In this document: in pieces, positions 7,275 to 8,244 of the stretch | Layout: each line of letters begins with the position of its first letter | Position numbering within the stretch: position 1 is the stretch's first letter | From: Paraspadella gotoi | Lineage: Eukaryota; Animalia; Chaetognatha | Assembly (NCBI GenBank): GCA_051294375.1 | Contig: CM119267.1 | Coordinates: forward strand, 23,384,033 to 23,392,276 | Reading direction: 5' to 3' | Length of the DNA: 8,244 bases | Notes under the pieces: generated by a model | What the model was told of the DNA's origin: nothing | The model's database searches: none | What the model saw: only the letters and a program-made list of their open reading frames with translations | Program-made: the position numbers and the translations under genes

Positions 7275-7303
<29 letters not shown>
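7275..7303 (+). repeat. T29 homopolymer
   Basis: Direct count. Confidence 0.95.
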
Positions 7304-7307
<4 letters not shown>

Positions 7308-7967
7308 AAAAGACACTAACGTTTAAAAATCATTAATCATTAAATCATTAATCATTAAACTCTTTTTTCTGAAAATAAAAGAATAAAAGAAATAAAAAGA
7401 ATAAAAGAAAGGCAAAAAATGTTACAATGTTACAATTTTTGAAGATTTTTCCAATTTTTTCCAATCGCAGCTTGTAAAAGATTTTATTTTTATTTGTATT
7501 AAAATTAGATATAGCTCTCATTAAAAAGTTTTTTGAGTTCCCATTTTTATTTAGAGATTTAAAAAAAAATTTTTGAATTCAATTTTTTTCTTTTTTTTCA
7601 CCCCCAAATTTTTTAATTTTATATTTACTGGCAATATGTAAATTAGATTAAAGGCATTCTATATACTAATTTGGATTAAGATTAATGCAGCTACTATTAA
7701 TCTGCATTTGCATATTGCAGTTAAATCATAATGAAGTTGGAAATTCAAAACAAAAAAAATACTTAAATCCAAATGTAACTAGAAAATATTCAAAGCTATT
7801 TCAAGATGAGAATCCATATCTAATTTTTTAACTTTACTATGAATGCCACCACTTTTGTAAAACTTTTTATCATAATTCATAATAATTTTATTTAAAAAAA
7901 ACGGTAAGTCACAGCCAAACCTATAAAAGCGTAGTAGGTTTTTATATAGAAAAAACAGGCGTTGACG

Positions 7968-7997
7968 GACGACGACGACGACGACGACGACGACGAC
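7968..7997 (+). repeat. (GAC)10 microsatellite
   Basis: Perfect trinucleotide run. Confidence 0.95.
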
Positions 7998-8024
7998 TAC
8001 GTTCCACCAAAAGCTCACGCCGAA

Positions 8025-8121
8025 TCAATATTGCAAGCCTGAACCGGCTTGCGCCGCGGTCATGGCGTCGATAATAAAACAGGTCCAGAAGAATAATGAG
8101 CCGCGATTACGACGAGACCAA
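8025..8121 (-). CDS. Candidate terminal exon of an unidentified gene (xWSRRNRGSLFFWTCFIIDAMTAAQAGSGLQY*)
   Basis: GC-rich island in AT-rich DNA; on the - strand a strong acceptor TTCTTCTCTATTTACTTTTTTTAG (AG at 8123-8122) precedes 1 nt + 31 codons + TGA (8027-8025). No family recognised; + strand frames are also open here. Confidence 0.35.
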
Positions 8122-8244
8122 CTAAAAAAAGTAAATAGAGAAGAAGATAATCAATTATACATAATACATATAATGTAGATATATATAATAACTAAAGACG
8201 ATGAAATTTTACTTGTAACAAACGATGATGTTTAATGACCAATC

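Noticed and set aside
7223-7303. Rho-independent terminator or retrocopy poly(A) tail
   Set aside because: Eukaryotic context; the T tract is ~20 nt from the stem; no target-site duplication or adjacent processed gene is seen.
7329-7465. Short tandem repeats (AATCATT, AATAAAAG, ATGTTACA, TTTTCCAAT)
   Set aside because: Ordinary slippage duplications in AT-rich DNA.

Overview
Eukaryotic, probably animal, genomic DNA with GC/CpG-rich exon-like islands in AT-rich or GA/CT-microsatellite-rich sequence, and two N gaps (10 N at 548-557, 25 N at 4820-4844). Much of it looks like unpolished long-read sequence with frequent 1-2 bp indels, so most ORF-track entries are spurious or fragments. Stitching reading frames by eye reveals a two-exon ANKRD40 homolog on the + strand (ATG 3750, GT-AG intron 4045-4139, TGA 4746-4748). 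A ~1.8 kb unit occurs three times (1-547 partial, ~1217-3058, ~4854-6670), probably as redundant haplotype or gap-fill copies. It carries a candidate + strand exon in which an IQ-like motif (AIRLQSLWRRRQ) runs into a 21-bp VNTR encoding (QSLRRRR)n, with ~17 units in one copy and ~10 in the other. Also present are a 13 x 33-bp minisatellite (6714-7151), many microsatellites and a candidate - strand terminal exon (8025-8121). I see no CRISPR array, RNA gene, transposase or prokaryotic system.
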